A stretch of 64,000 nucleotides of DNA from Pseudomonadota bacterium (GCA_043821645.1 JBDRCO010000087.1:1-64000); one strand, 5' to 3'. Shown: positions 20,471 to 33,291, counted from the first letter of the stretch. A program made the numbers and translations. Notes: generated by a model from the sequence alone, not told the origin.

Positions 20471-23319
20471 GGCCTCCCTCCCTGGTCCCCACCTGCGTCT
20501 CCGCCCTCGGTGCGCGCGCGCAGTCCGCGCAGAATCTTGTCCGGCGTGATGGGCAGCTCGGTCACCCGCACGCCGGTGGCGTCGTACACCGCATTGGCGA
20601 TGGCCCCGAGGACAGGCAGCAGCGAACCCTCACCGATCTCCTTGGCACCGTAGGGGCCGCGCGGCTCGTAGCTCTCGACGGCGTGGGTTGATATCTCGGG
20701 GGTCTCGCCGATGGACGGGATCAGGTAGTCGTGCAGGTTGGGATTGGCGATGCTGCCGTCGGGCAGATGCAGCGTGTTCTCCATCAGGGTCTCGCCTATG
20801 CCCATGACCACCGAGCCCTCGACCTGGGCGTGAAAGGTCATGGGGTTGATCACCGTGCCCGCGTCCGAGTAGTCGGTGACGCGCTCCACCGTGACCAGGC
20901 CGGTCTCGAGATCCACGTCGACCTCGGCCACCACCGTCGAGAAGCTATACGCCGGCGAGGTGCCCACGGTGCCGCCCTTGAAGTCACCGCCCAGGCTCTT
21001 GGGCGGCTGGTAAAAACCCACGCCGACGACGGGGCCACCGCGGGCAAAAGCCAGGCGCGCGGCCTCGTCCCAGGCCATGCCGACGCTCGGATGCTCCTGG
21101 ACGACGATGCGGTTGTCGCGAGCACTCAGGGCCTCGGGCGCACAACCCAGCTCCCGCGCGGCCGCAAGCAGGATCTTGTGCTTGGCGTCGGCCGCGGCCA
21201 TGCGCACCGCGTTTCCGGCCATCAAGGTGACGCGGCTCGAGTAGGAGCCGAGATCGATGGGCGCCAGGGCCGAGTCGCAGTCCACCATGAAGATGTGCTG
21301 GTAGGGGATACCCAGCTCCTCGGCGGCGATCTGCGGCAGCACCGTGTCCGAGCCCTGGCCGATCTCCGACGCTGCGATGGCCAGGGACACGGCGCGGCCA
21401 TCCTCCTGCACCCGGATCACGGCGTTCGAGTGCGGGAAGTCAGAGCGGTAGATGGGATACCCCGCGCCCGACACGAAGCCGCCGCAGCCCACGCCTATGC
21501 CCTTGCCCCGGGGTAGCTTGCCGCGCTTGTCGCGCCAGCCCGAGCTGTCGCGGGCCTTTTCGATGGTGGCGGTGAACTCGCAGGACGAGATGTCCAGGGC
21601 GTTGCAGGTGCGGGTCTCCGGCGTCATGGCGTTGCGCAGCCGCATCTCGACGGGATCGATACTCAGCTCCTCGGCCAGCATGTCCATCATGGACTCGAAG
21701 GCGAAGCGCGGGTGGGGCACGCCGTGGCCGCGGAAGGCGCCGCAGGCCGGCAGGTTGGTGTACATGCGGAAGCCGTCGTAGCGGTAGTGGTCGAACTTGT
21801 AGAGCGTGGGCAGCATCGACCCCGCGTAGTAGGCGGTGATGACACCGAAGGAAGTGTAGGCGCCACCGTCGAGCACACTCTTGAACTGCACTGCGGTGAG
21901 CCGACCGTCCTGCTTGACGCCGACCTTGAGGTCCATGACCTGCTTGTGGCGTCCCCGGAAGTGGTAAAACATCTCCTTGCGGTCGTAGCTCATCATCACC
22001 GGCCGGCCGGTCCTCTTCGCGAACAGCACGGCACAGAAATCCAGCGGTGTGGTCTCGGCCTTGACCCCAAAACCGCCGCCCACAGCGGGACGGATCACGC
22101 GGATGTGACCCTGCGGGATGTCGAGGGTGCGTGCCAGCATGTGTTGCACGTAGTGCGGGGTCTGGGTTGCCGACCACAGGGTGAGCTTGTCGCCGTGGTG
22201 CTCCCACCGCGCCAGCGAGGCATGCGGCTCGATGGGGGCCTGGAAGGTGCGGTTGCCGATGAAGCGTTGCTCGCGCACCAGGTCCGCCTCGGCAAAGCCC
22301 TGTTCGATGTCGCCGAAGTTCCACGACACCTTGGTGTTGATGTTGCGCGCGTAGCGCTTGTCCTCGGGATGTATCAGCGGCGCGTCGGCGTCCATCGCGC
22401 GCTCGGGGTCGAAGACCGCTGGCAGTTCCTCGTACTCGACCTGGATCAGGCGCAGCGCCTCCTCGGCGGTCTGCTCGTCCACGGCCAGCACCGCGGCCAC
22501 CTCGTCACCGACGTAGCGCACGCGCTCCTTGGCCAGGATGTGCTCGTCGTAGCGCGCCGGGCTGACACCGTAGGTGGTGTCGGTCACGTCGGCGCCGGTG
22601 AGCACATCGAGAACGCCGGGATAGCTGCGAGCCTGGCTGACGTCAAGGCGCTTGATCAGGCCGTGGGCGACGGTGCTGACGAGGATCTTGCCGTACACCA
22701 TACCCGGAAGCTGCATGTCGCCGGTGTACACGGCGCGGCCTGTGACCTTGTCGGGGCCGTCATAGCGCGGCACGCCGTGGCTGACCACGCCGAGGTCCCG
22801 GTGCTGATCGCGCTCGCTCTCGTCCAGCGGCCGGGTATCCAGCTTCTCGTCGACGAAGCGACGCCAATCCTGCACCGCCTTGATGACGCGTGGGTAGGAG
22901 CCGCAGCGGCACAGGTTGCCGCCCAGCGCGTCGCGGATGGCCTGCTCGCCGGGCTGGGGATCGCGGTCCAGCAGAGCCTTGGCCGACAGGATCATGCCAG
23001 GAGTACAGAAGCCACATTGCAGGGCGCCGTGCTTGACGAAGCTCTTCTGCAGGGCATGGAGCTCGCCGTCCTGCACCAGGCCCTCGATGCTGGTGACCTG
23101 CGCGCCCTGGACCTCGACCGCGAGGACCATGCATGCGTTGACGGTCTGTCCGTCGACAAGGACCGTGCACGCGCCGCACTCGCCGAGCTCACATCCTTTC
23201 TTGGTCCCGGTCAGTCGAAGCTGGTCGCGCAGCAGACTGAGCAGGGTGGTGTTGGGTTTGACAGCCAGCGCATGACGCGTGCCGTTGACGTGGAGAGTGA
23301 CGAGAACTTCATTGGCCAT
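20467..23319 (-). CDS. 4-hydroxybenzoyl-CoA reductase-like molybdoenzyme with [2Fe-2S] (gamma) and Moco (alpha) subunits fused
   Basis: GCELGECGAC, QCGFC, NLCRC; DKVTG, GGGFG, FRGHG, GSYSSRVT, GAKEIGE; benzoyl-CoA pathway context. Confidence 0.8.
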   Translation of the reverse strand: MANEVLVTLHVNGTRHALAVKPNTTLLSLLRDQLRLTGTKKGCELGECGACTVLVDGQTVNACMVLAVEVQGAQVTSIEGLVQDGELHALQKSFVKHGALQCGFCTPGMILSAKALLDRDPQPGEQAIRDALGGNLCRCGSYPRVIKAVQDWRRFVDEKLDTRPLDESERDQHRDLGVVSHGVPRYDGPDKVTGRAVYTGDMQLPGMVYGKILVSTVAHGLIKRLDVSQARSYPGVLDVLTGADVTDTTYGVSPARYDEHILAKERVRYVGDEVAAVLAVDEQTAEEALRLIQVEYEELPAVFDPERAMDADAPLIHPEDKRYARNINTKVSWNFGDIEQGFAEADLVREQRFIGNRTFQAPIEPHASLARWEHHGDKLTLWSATQTPHYVQHMLARTLDIPQGHIRVIRPAVGGGFGVKAETTPLDFCAVLFAKRTGRPVMMSYDRKEMFYHFRGRHKQVMDLKVGVKQDGRLTAVQFKSVLDGGAYTSFGVITAYYAGSMLPTLYKFDHYRYDGFRMYTNLPACGAFRGHGVPHPRFAFESMMDMLAEELSIDPVEMRLRNAMTPETRTCNALDISSCEFTATIEKARDSSGWRDKRGKLPRGKGIGVGCGGFVSGAGYPIYRSDFPHSNAVIRVQEDGRAVSLAIAASEIGQGSDTVLPQIAAEELGIPYQHIFMVDCDSALAPIDLGSYSSRVTLMAGNAVRMAAADAKHKILLAAARELGCAPEALSARDNRIVVQEHPSVGMAWDEAARLAFARGGPVVGVGFYQPPKSLGGDFKGGTVGTSPAYSFSTVVAEVDVDLETGLVTVERVTDYSDAGTVINPMTFHAQVEGSVVMGIGETLMENTLHLPDGSIANPNLHDYLIPSIGETPEISTHAVESYEPRGPYGAKEIGEGSLLPVLGAIANAVYDATGVRVTELPITPDKILRGLRARTEGGDAGGDQGGRP

Positions 23320-23347
23320 GGGGCAGTGGCTCCCGGGTCGTTTACGT

Positions 23348-24217
23348 TCAGGCCTGCGCGCGCGCCAGGGCCTGGGCGAGGGCGCGCCGGCACAGGGTGT
23401 CGACCAGATCTCGGCGGAAGGGGATGGTTCCTCGCTGGTCGGTGATGGGCATGGCCTCCTGGGCGGCCTGGGTCCCTGCGCGGGTGAACAGCTCCAGTTC
23501 CGGGGGCTGTCCGACGAGCAGGGCTTCGGTCTTGTGGCCGACCAGCGGCGTGGGGGCCACCGAGGACATGGCCACCCGGGCCTGGTCGATGCGACCGTCG
23601 CGTAGCTTCAGCCACGCAGCCACACCGGCCACGGCCAGGCTGGTGTAGCGCCGCCGCGAGAAGCGATGGTAGGCAGCACCGCTGCCAGGGCTGGCTGCGG
23701 GTAAGCGGACCTCGACCAGGATCTCGCCTGGCTTGAGCACGGTCTGCCGCGGACCTACAAAGAACTCCGCCGCGGCCATGCTGCGTTCCCCGTCGGGGCC
23801 AAGCAGGCGCAGGGTGGCGTCGGAGACGATGCAGGTGGGCGGCGTGTCGGCGCAGGGCACCGCTGCGCAGAAGTTGCCACCCAGGGTGGCGCGATTGCGA
23901 ATCTGTACCGCAGCCATGGTGCGCACGGTGTCGACGAGGGCGGGTGCCGCACTCTGCACCAGCGCGCTGTCCGCGATCTCGCTCAGGGTGGTGCTGGCGC
24001 CTAGCCGCAGCACCCCGCCGTCGAGACGGATGCCGCGCAACTCCGCAACGCTGGTCAGGGAGATCAGGTGCTGGGCCTCGATACGGCGCTGCTTCAGATC
24101 GACCAGCAGGTCGGTGCCGCCGGCCAGAAAGCGCGCGCCGGGACCGAGCTGCCTGGCCAGGGCGCTGGCCGTGACCAGGTCAGTGGGGCGGTGATGCTGG
24201 AGATCACTGAGCTGCAT
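23348..24217 (-). CDS. FAD-binding subunit of a xanthine-oxidase-family enzyme (HcrB/PcmR-like)
   Basis: AGGTDL, QIRNRATLGGN, FFVG, PITD.RG...FR. Confidence 0.88.
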   Translation of the reverse strand: MQLSDLQHHRPTDLVTASALARQLGPGARFLAGGTDLLVDLKQRRIEAQHLISLTSVAELRGIRLDGGVLRLGASTTLSEIADSALVQSAAPALVDTVRTMAAVQIRNRATLGGNFCAAVPCADTPPTCIVSDATLRLLGPDGERSMAAAEFFVGPRQTVLKPGEILVEVRLPAASPGSGAAYHRFSRRRYTSLAVAGVAAWLKLRDGRIDQARVAMSSVAPTPLVGHKTEALLVGQPPELELFTRAGTQAAQEAMPITDQRGTIPFRRDLVDTLCRRALAQALARAQA

Positions 24218-24255
24218 GTCGGGACCCTGCTTGCACGTTCATGTCGGGTACGGTG

Positions 24256-24306
24256 ATCGCACTGAACGAACGTTCGGTAGGCTATCTTCCGACCTCCTGA
24301 TGTCAA
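24256..24306 (-). promoter_or_regulatory. Sigma70-type promoter plus operator, copy 2
   Basis: Minus strand TTGACA-16nt-TAGCCT directly followed by ACCGAACGTTCGTT. Confidence 0.78.
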
Positions 24307-24429
24307 GACCGGTGCGGCTGCTGCACCGCGTCGCAGCAAGGAGCCGCTGCGCGAAGTTCTATCTCCGGGGCCAGTGGAGGGATGGCAAAGGTCACAGATC
24401 GAACGCAGCCGTCATACGTTTAAAGGGGG

Positions 24430-25131
24430 ATGACCGCGACACTCGTGCTCGCCACCATCACGCACCTGTGGGCCCTGCCGCCCCCGACCATGCCAGAGGG
24501 GCCGCCGGTGGTGGCGCGGCCCGCCTGGGATCCCAGCCCCGCCCACCCGACCGGCGTGACCCGCTACCACGGTGCCCTGCGCCGCTCCCTGCGCTGGCTG
24601 GTCGTGCACCACTCGTCCTTCGAGGAACCCATCGGGCCGCGGGGCATTCTCGACTACCACCGCCAGGTCTACGGCTGGGCAGATATGGGCTACCACTTTG
24701 TCATCGACCAGGCGGGCACCATCTTCGAAGGTCGCGATATCCACCTCATGGGCGCACATGCCGGGCAGACCCGCGAGTGCAACCGCCAGGTGGCCGCGAT
24801 CCGGGCAGGTAAAAGCAGCGCCAGGGTCGACGAAACACGGCGGCTGGATCCCGACTTTGGCGCCATCGGCATCGTCGTTGATGGGTACTTTGACGAGGGC
24901 CGGACACCCAGCCTGGCACAGCAGACCGCGCTTCGCGCCCTGGTCGATCACCTGCGCGCGCTGTACCGCATCGATCTCGATCACGTCATCACGCATCGCG
25001 AGGTGCGCGCCCGCATCATCGAGGCCAGGGGGCTGACCTCTGTCGGAGAGCCCACGCTGTGCCCGGGTGCCGGGCTACAGGCTGTGGTGGAGCGCTACCG
25101 GCAACACCGAGGTGCTGCCACTCCGCGGTGA
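24430..25131 (+). CDS. N-acetylmuramoyl-L-alanine amidase (Amidase_2/PGRP-like)
   Basis: VVHHS, GWADMGYHFVID..G.IFEGR, GAHA, ITHRE, TLCPG. Confidence 0.9.
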   Translation: MTATLVLATITHLWALPPPTMPEGPPVVARPAWDPSPAHPTGVTRYHGALRRSLRWLVVHHSSFEEPIGPRGILDYHRQVYGWADMGYHFVIDQAGTIFEGRDIHLMGAHAGQTRECNRQVAAIRAGKSSARVDETRRLDPDFGAIGIVVDGYFDEGRTPSLAQQTALRALVDHLRALYRIDLDHVITHREVRARIIEARGLTSVGEPTLCPGAGLQAVVERYRQHRGAATPR

Positions 25132-25143
25132 GCGGCCAGACGC

Positions 25144-25794
25144 CTAATGCTTGGGCATGCGTGGGTCGTACACGCCCGCAGGATCTGTGCCCACCATGCC
25201 GGCATCGAAGCTGCGCCTGTCCATGGGGCGCAGGCGGCGGAGCTGGGCCGGGGAGAAGACCTTGAAGTGGCGGATGCTGTCCAGGCGCTCGGCGAGGACG
25301 TCCATGGCCGCGTCATCGAAGCACCAGTTCAGGGCCTCGTGGCGACGAAGGTCGAGGGGCACCGAGTACTCGCGCAGGCTCTTGACGCCCTCCATGTTGT
25401 AGTAGCTCTCGACGTAGCTCAGGGCCAGCTCACGCAGGTCGCGGTGAATGGGCTCGCGGTAGCGCAGGCCGACGAAGTTACTCTTGGCGATGGCGCCCCA
25501 CAGCCCATCCTTCTGGAACACAGCCAGCACGTGGTCGTCGTCGCGAAAGGCGCGCAGGTCGACCAGCCGGGGCTGGTGGCCGAGGCGCTGCAGGGCCGCC
25601 GCCGCGATGAGGGCGCCGTCGAAGCAGTGCGCCTTGCGGTCGCGCAGCACGCTGCGTGGGCAGCGGTAGATGGGGTCGGCGCTGTAGGGTGTGGCGTCGA
25701 GAAAATCCTGGATGGCGGCAGGGGAGGTGAGCCTGTCGAGGACCTTGCGCTCGGCGGCGGTCCAGGCGTTCGGGACGGGTCGGGATGTGGCCAC
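25144..25794 (-). CDS. Conserved hypothetical protein, probable transglutaminase-like fold
   Basis: AHCFDGAL...DDDHVLAVF...WGAIAKSN; clean GC3 codon bias. Confidence 0.65.
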   Translation of the reverse strand: MATSRPVPNAWTAAERKVLDRLTSPAAIQDFLDATPYSADPIYRCPRSVLRDRKAHCFDGALIAAAALQRLGHQPRLVDLRAFRDDDHVLAVFQKDGLWGAIAKSNFVGLRYREPIHRDLRELALSYVESYYNMEGVKSLREYSVPLDLRRHEALNWCFDDAAMDVLAERLDSIRHFKVFSPAQLRRLRPMDRRSFDAGMVGTDPAGVYDPRMPKH

Positions 25795-25871
25795 GGCAGA
25801 CCTCGTGCGCGACAGCGCGGCGCGTGTCGTAGCACGAGGTCAGGGCGCAGGCCAGGCGAGAGCGAGCGCTG

Positions 25872-28800
25872 CTAGCGCTTTCGTCGGCGCCAGCTCGCAG
25901 CGAACAGAAGCAGACCCAGTAAGGGAAACACAGGGGCCTTGGAAGCGGTGCAGGCGCAGCCCCCTGGCTGGGTGGTGGGGTAGCCCGCATCGTCTTGGTG
26001 GGCAAAGGCGTCCTGTCCCACGCTCCAACCATCGACGGCCATGACATCGTCCCCACCGGCGTCCCGGGCCGAAGCCGCGTCCTGGTCCGACCCGGAGGCG
26101 TCGGTTGCCAGATCCGTCAAGGCCCCGTCCGGCGCGGAGGCGTCCGTGGGCTGGGTCGCATCCGCTGTCCCGTCGACCGACAGGGCATCGGCTGCGCCCC
26201 GGTCGCTCACTCCCGCGTCGCGTGGCGTCACGCTGTCCAGGGCCTGCTGTACCTGCTCGATGGCGGTGGCCACGGCCGCGCGGTGGGCGGCGAGCAGGGC
26301 GGAGTCGTCGGTGTACTCGACGGCGGAGCTGGCGATGGTCGCGGGGACCACCAGCAGGTCGCGTGTCTGCAGCACCAGCGCACTATCGCCGACCAGGGCG
26401 GCCAGGCGATCACTGAGGTCGCGCAGCATCCAGAAGTACTCGTAGTCCTCGATGCCTTCGCGGATCAGCTCCCAGCGCAGCGACGGCGTGGGCCCCTCGA
26501 TGCGCTGCACGTTGTCGGCCCAGGCGCGCGGCGGGTACAGCAGCCGGCCATCGCCATTGCCCCAGGTGCCGACGTTGCCCGTGTCGAAGTTGTAGCTCAT
26601 GGGATCCTGCCAGGGATCCTGAGGCGTCGAGGCTCCCGAGACCTGGTCGTTGGTCCAGTAGTTGGTCTGCCAGTACAGGGAGCCCTGCACACCGTGCTGC
26701 CAGGCCATCCAGAAGCGGACCCGGGTCTCGATGGCCGGGTGGTCGATGAAGTTGTTGGGATAAGGTGCGCGCGGCCCCGTGCACACGTACCACCACACCT
26801 CCTCGCCCAGGGCCTGCCGCTGCTGGGCCCAGCTGTCCGCGAACTGGTCGAGCAGGGGCGTCCAGATGTCGACATGGCCGGCCAGCTCGCTCTCGAACTG
26901 CTCGGTGAGCAGGCGGCGCAGGCGCGGTTCGGCGCTGTGCAGCAGGTCCATGCCCTGGACCACCAGGGTGTAGTCCACGGGTTCAGGCTCGTCGAACCAG
27001 TAGGTATAGGCCTTGCTCAGCCAGCCGCGGTCCGCGAGGTGCGAGGTGATGGCCTGCAGCATTCTCGTGTACAGGCTCTCGTACTCCGGCGTGCCCCAGG
27101 TGAACTGCAGCAGCTGTCCAGGCTGGCCACCCTGGTACGAGCCCCAGGCAAAGAAGGGCAGCGCCAGTCTGAAGGCGTCGAAGCCCAGGCTGTCCAGGGC
27201 CAGGCTCGCCGCCACGTCGAAGTCCGAGAAGTCGACGACAGGCTGAATGGCGTCGGGGGCGATGTCGAAGTTGCCGTTGACCACGAGCTCGGTGCTGTCA
27301 CCCGCTTTCTGCAAGGACACGTCGTCGAACCAGGTGCGGCCTGTCAGCTCGCCGGCCGAGGTCCAGCGCCGGGCATACAGCGTGATGCGCACCTGTGTGG
27401 TCTGGGCCGTGAACTGGCTCGCCGTCAGGGTCAGGCTCTGGTCCTGCCAGGTACCGTCGCCGTCCCGGGTCTGGTCCAGGTTGTGGCCCGAGATCCAGGC
27501 GTCCGTGGCGTCGTACTGGTTCACCGAGACCAGGTAGTCGTGGGCTCCGTCGCTGCGCACGCGCCAGGCGAGAACGTAGTCCTGCCCGGCCTGGATGGGA
27601 ATGGACAGGCTGGTGCGCGCCGAGATCTGCGCCGTGGTGCTGGTGTCGTCGAGCTCGAGCACGGTGCTCGCCGTGCCCACCGGGGCCGGATCGTTGACCA
27701 GGCCGCCGCCCTGCCAGTTCCACTCGGGAAAGGACACGCGAAAGCCGTCGTCACCGAAGGGATCCTGCGGACTCACGCGGTGCGCTGCAAAGTCCTCGAG
27801 GTAACGTTGCAGGGTTTGCCGCCGCAGGTCGCGGTCGCCTTGCAGGTGGTGGTAGCGGTCTATCTCGCGCAGCGACAGATTGTAGGCCGTGCGCAGGTGG
27901 TGCTCGACGGGCAGGGCAAAGTCGTGGACCTGAACGGACAGCGGGATGACGAGGTCGCCGCCCGTCGATCGTTGCAGGGTGACCGAGCCGCTATACACAC
28001 CGGGCGCCTGGGAGCGTGGCACCTCGACGGTGAACCACAGCGCATGCTGCTGGTTCGCACTCAGCACCAGGGGCAGCTCGAGCAGGGGCAGGGGATCGGG
28101 TCGCCAGCCCGTGGCCGAACCCCAGTCCGTGGGCTGCGTGACCTCGACGTCGACCACCTCGCGAAGCACCCAGGCGGAGGGGGCCAGGTTCGCACCGGCC
28201 GGGCCGCTCAACGTCGACACCGAGACCCCAGTCAGGGTCGTTGCCTGCCCTGGGCACAACACCAGCTCGAAGGGCTCGAACTCACCCCGGGCTGCGGCCA
28301 TGGCGATGCCGTTCGCCACCGGCGCGCTGCCTGGCAGCATCTGATCGCGCAGTACGTTCTGCTCGACAGGGGAGCGCCAGACCTGCAGCGCGCCCCCTTG
28401 CACCAGCCACTGTCCGCGCACGCTGTCGGAAATGGAGATGGGCTCGAGGCGCAGGTCGTCGAACCAGGCGCTGCCCAGCAACTCGCCGGCGCTGGTCCAG
28501 CGCACCGGACGCAGGGAGATGCGCACGCCTGCGGTGAGAGGGTTGAAGGAGCGCACGGTGATGCTGAATCGTGTCCACGCGGTGCCCGCGGTGACGACGA
28601 AATCCATGTTGTTGCCGGAGATCCAGGCATCGCTCGCGTCGTACTGGTTGAGGGTGACCAGGGTCTGCTGCCCCTCGACCGGCGCCCGCACCCAGGCCTC
28701 GAAGACATAGGCCTGTCTCTGGGCTATGGCGAGGGTCGCGCTGGTCGCCGCGGCGACGCTGGCGCTGCTGTTGTCGTCGAGCACGAGCAGGCAGCTGCTC

Positions 28801-28952
28801 CCGCCGTGGGGGTTGTCGGCGACCGCGCTGCCACCGTTCCAGCCGCTGGTGCCAGCTTCGAAATCGCCGTTGACCACCAGGTTCTGGGCGCGAACGGGTG
28901 TGACGAGCGCGCAGGCCGCGAGCACCATGAGGCTGCACCGTGTTCTCGACAT
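25872..28952 (-). CDS. Secreted GH123-like (DUF6067/DUF4091) glycoside hydrolase with two CBM4/9-like modules and MYXO-CTERM-like tail
   Basis: NLVVNGDFE...WFDD twice; RGEFEPF, FDEP, WWYVC..P, GDG.LLYP, SLRWE.IREGIEDYEY; GGCAC + hydrophobic stretch + RRRKR. Confidence 0.82.
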   Translation of the reverse strand: MSRTRCSLMVLAACALVTPVRAQNLVVNGDFEAGTSGWNGGSAVADNPHGGSSCLLVLDDNSSASVAAATSATLAIAQRQAYVFEAWVRAPVEGQQTLVTLNQYDASDAWISGNNMDFVVTAGTAWTRFSITVRSFNPLTAGVRISLRPVRWTSAGELLGSAWFDDLRLEPISISDSVRGQWLVQGGALQVWRSPVEQNVLRDQMLPGSAPVANGIAMAAARGEFEPFELVLCPGQATTLTGVSVSTLSGPAGANLAPSAWVLREVVDVEVTQPTDWGSATGWRPDPLPLLELPLVLSANQQHALWFTVEVPRSQAPGVYSGSVTLQRSTGGDLVIPLSVQVHDFALPVEHHLRTAYNLSLREIDRYHHLQGDRDLRRQTLQRYLEDFAAHRVSPQDPFGDDGFRVSFPEWNWQGGGLVNDPAPVGTASTVLELDDTSTTAQISARTSLSIPIQAGQDYVLAWRVRSDGAHDYLVSVNQYDATDAWISGHNLDQTRDGDGTWQDQSLTLTASQFTAQTTQVRITLYARRWTSAGELTGRTWFDDVSLQKAGDSTELVVNGNFDIAPDAIQPVVDFSDFDVAASLALDSLGFDAFRLALPFFAWGSYQGGQPGQLLQFTWGTPEYESLYTRMLQAITSHLADRGWLSKAYTYWFDEPEPVDYTLVVQGMDLLHSAEPRLRRLLTEQFESELAGHVDIWTPLLDQFADSWAQQRQALGEEVWWYVCTGPRAPYPNNFIDHPAIETRVRFWMAWQHGVQGSLYWQTNYWTNDQVSGASTPQDPWQDPMSYNFDTGNVGTWGNGDGRLLYPPRAWADNVQRIEGPTPSLRWELIREGIEDYEYFWMLRDLSDRLAALVGDSALVLQTRDLLVVPATIASSAVEYTDDSALLAAHRAAVATAIEQVQQALDSVTPRDAGVSDRGAADALSVDGTADATQPTDASAPDGALTDLATDASGSDQDAASARDAGGDDVMAVDGWSVGQDAFAHQDDAGYPTTQPGGCACTASKAPVFPLLGLLLFAASWRRRKR

Positions 28953-29040
28953 GTGTCCCTCCCGCTTCGACATGCGTAGCTTAGCACCGCCGCGAGGTGC
29001 TGCGCCGGGGACTGGCCAGGGTGCCGGGATCGGTGACGCG

Positions 29041-30084
29041 TCAGGGGGCACGGGTGTCGAGTGCGCACACCAGGGGCCGGTGATCGAAGTACAGCGCATC
29101 GATCACCGCGGGGTGGCCCTCGCTGACGCCGGCAGCCCAGCAGCTGCCCTCGAGCACGTCGCTGAGCATGTGGTCGATGGTGACCAAGCCGGCATAGGTG
29201 CCGGGTGCGTCATTGCCCACGGGCGAGACGAAGTGAAAGCGCTTGCCGCGTCCCGCGAAATCGGTCCAGCGCCGGGCGCTGGGATCCCAGTCGGCCCAGC
29301 GCCCCGGGTCCGTGTTGAGGTCGCCCAGGACAAAGTTGCGCTCACCGTTGGCGGCTGGCGCTCCGTCCCCGAGGTCCACAAAGACCTGGTCCACCTGCTG
29401 CACCCGGCACTGCATGTCTTCATCGACCATGCCCGACGAGGCGTGCACGTTGACAAGGGTCAGCTCGTCTCCCTCGACCAGGTCGATGACACCGCGACCG
29501 ATGCGCGCGCCTCGGCCGCAGCCCGCAACTTGTGAGCCGGCCAGGCCCTCGAGACAGAAGTCGGCCTCGCAGCCGCGAAAGCGGCCGAAGCTGCGCTTCA
29601 CCGCCGCACACTTGTCGGGATGCCCCGGGTGGCAGGCCACCTGGTAGCCCTCGCCGACGACGATCTGCGCCACTGTCGGATCGCCGGCCTGCCAGGTCTG
29701 GCACACGAAGTCGGTCTGCGCCTCGGCGGGGATCGCCGCGCAGTCCTCGCTGTAGAAGATTTCTTGAAAGCCCACCACGTCGGGCTGCACCTGCTGCAAG
29801 AAGGCGCGGGTGGCGTCCACTGCGGGCTGCCAGGCCAGGCCGTCGCCGTAGTACAGGTCCGAGTAGCCCGCGTGCACGCCGGTGTAGCCGTCGTCGGGGG
29901 GTCCGTCGTGGCCCATGCCCTCGCTGGTGCCGGTGTTGAAGGTGACGGCGGTGAAAGTGAGCGGTGGCTCCTCGACGGGGGGAGCACAGGCCAGGCCGAG
30001 CGCGGCGACCACGGTTGCAGCAGACCACCGAGAGCATGGCTCGAGGCCACGACGCGCGGAACGCGTGGCTCGGGGTCCTGTCAC
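29041..30084 (-). CDS. Endonuclease/exonuclease/phosphatase family lipoprotein (start uncertain)
   Basis: VTFN, PDVVGFQE, NVH, LGDLN, IDHML, FDH; lipobox LGLAC. Confidence 0.82.
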   Translation of the reverse strand: MTGPRATRSARRGLEPCSRWSAATVVAALGLACAPPVEEPPLTFTAVTFNTGTSEGMGHDGPPDDGYTGVHAGYSDLYYGDGLAWQPAVDATRAFLQQVQPDVVGFQEIFYSEDCAAIPAEAQTDFVCQTWQAGDPTVAQIVVGEGYQVACHPGHPDKCAAVKRSFGRFRGCEADFCLEGLAGSQVAGCGRGARIGRGVIDLVEGDELTLVNVHASSGMVDEDMQCRVQQVDQVFVDLGDGAPAANGERNFVLGDLNTDPGRWADWDPSARRWTDFAGRGKRFHFVSPVGNDAPGTYAGLVTIDHMLSDVLEGSCWAAGVSEGHPAVIDALYFDHRPLVCALDTRAP

Positions 30085-30257
30085 CTCGCCATCTCTTTCC
30101 GAGGACGGTCGGGCCGTCCTCCCCGACCCAGGCAAGCTGGGCTGGGGCCCCTCCTCGCCAGCGTCGTGCTCGTCCCTGCGCGCGGCGGGGGTCCCCCTGC
30201 TCGGCGCCACCCCTCGCGCGCGCGCAGCGAAGTTCGCAGCGGGAGAGCGCTCGTCGC

Positions 30258-33102
<2,845 letters not shown>

Positions 33103-33291
33103 GGCAACCCCCGAGATGGTGGATGGGGAATGCTAGACCAGGGCCGCCCAGGCAGCCAGAACCTGTGGCGTGGCCAGGCGCTCCTGGATGGCGGGGGACC
33201 TTCGCCTGGCCTGGTGCAGTCAGGCGTGAAAGCACTCAAAATAATTGAAAGGATCCATCAGAGTATGCATTGCAGTGCTGGAAAACACTTT

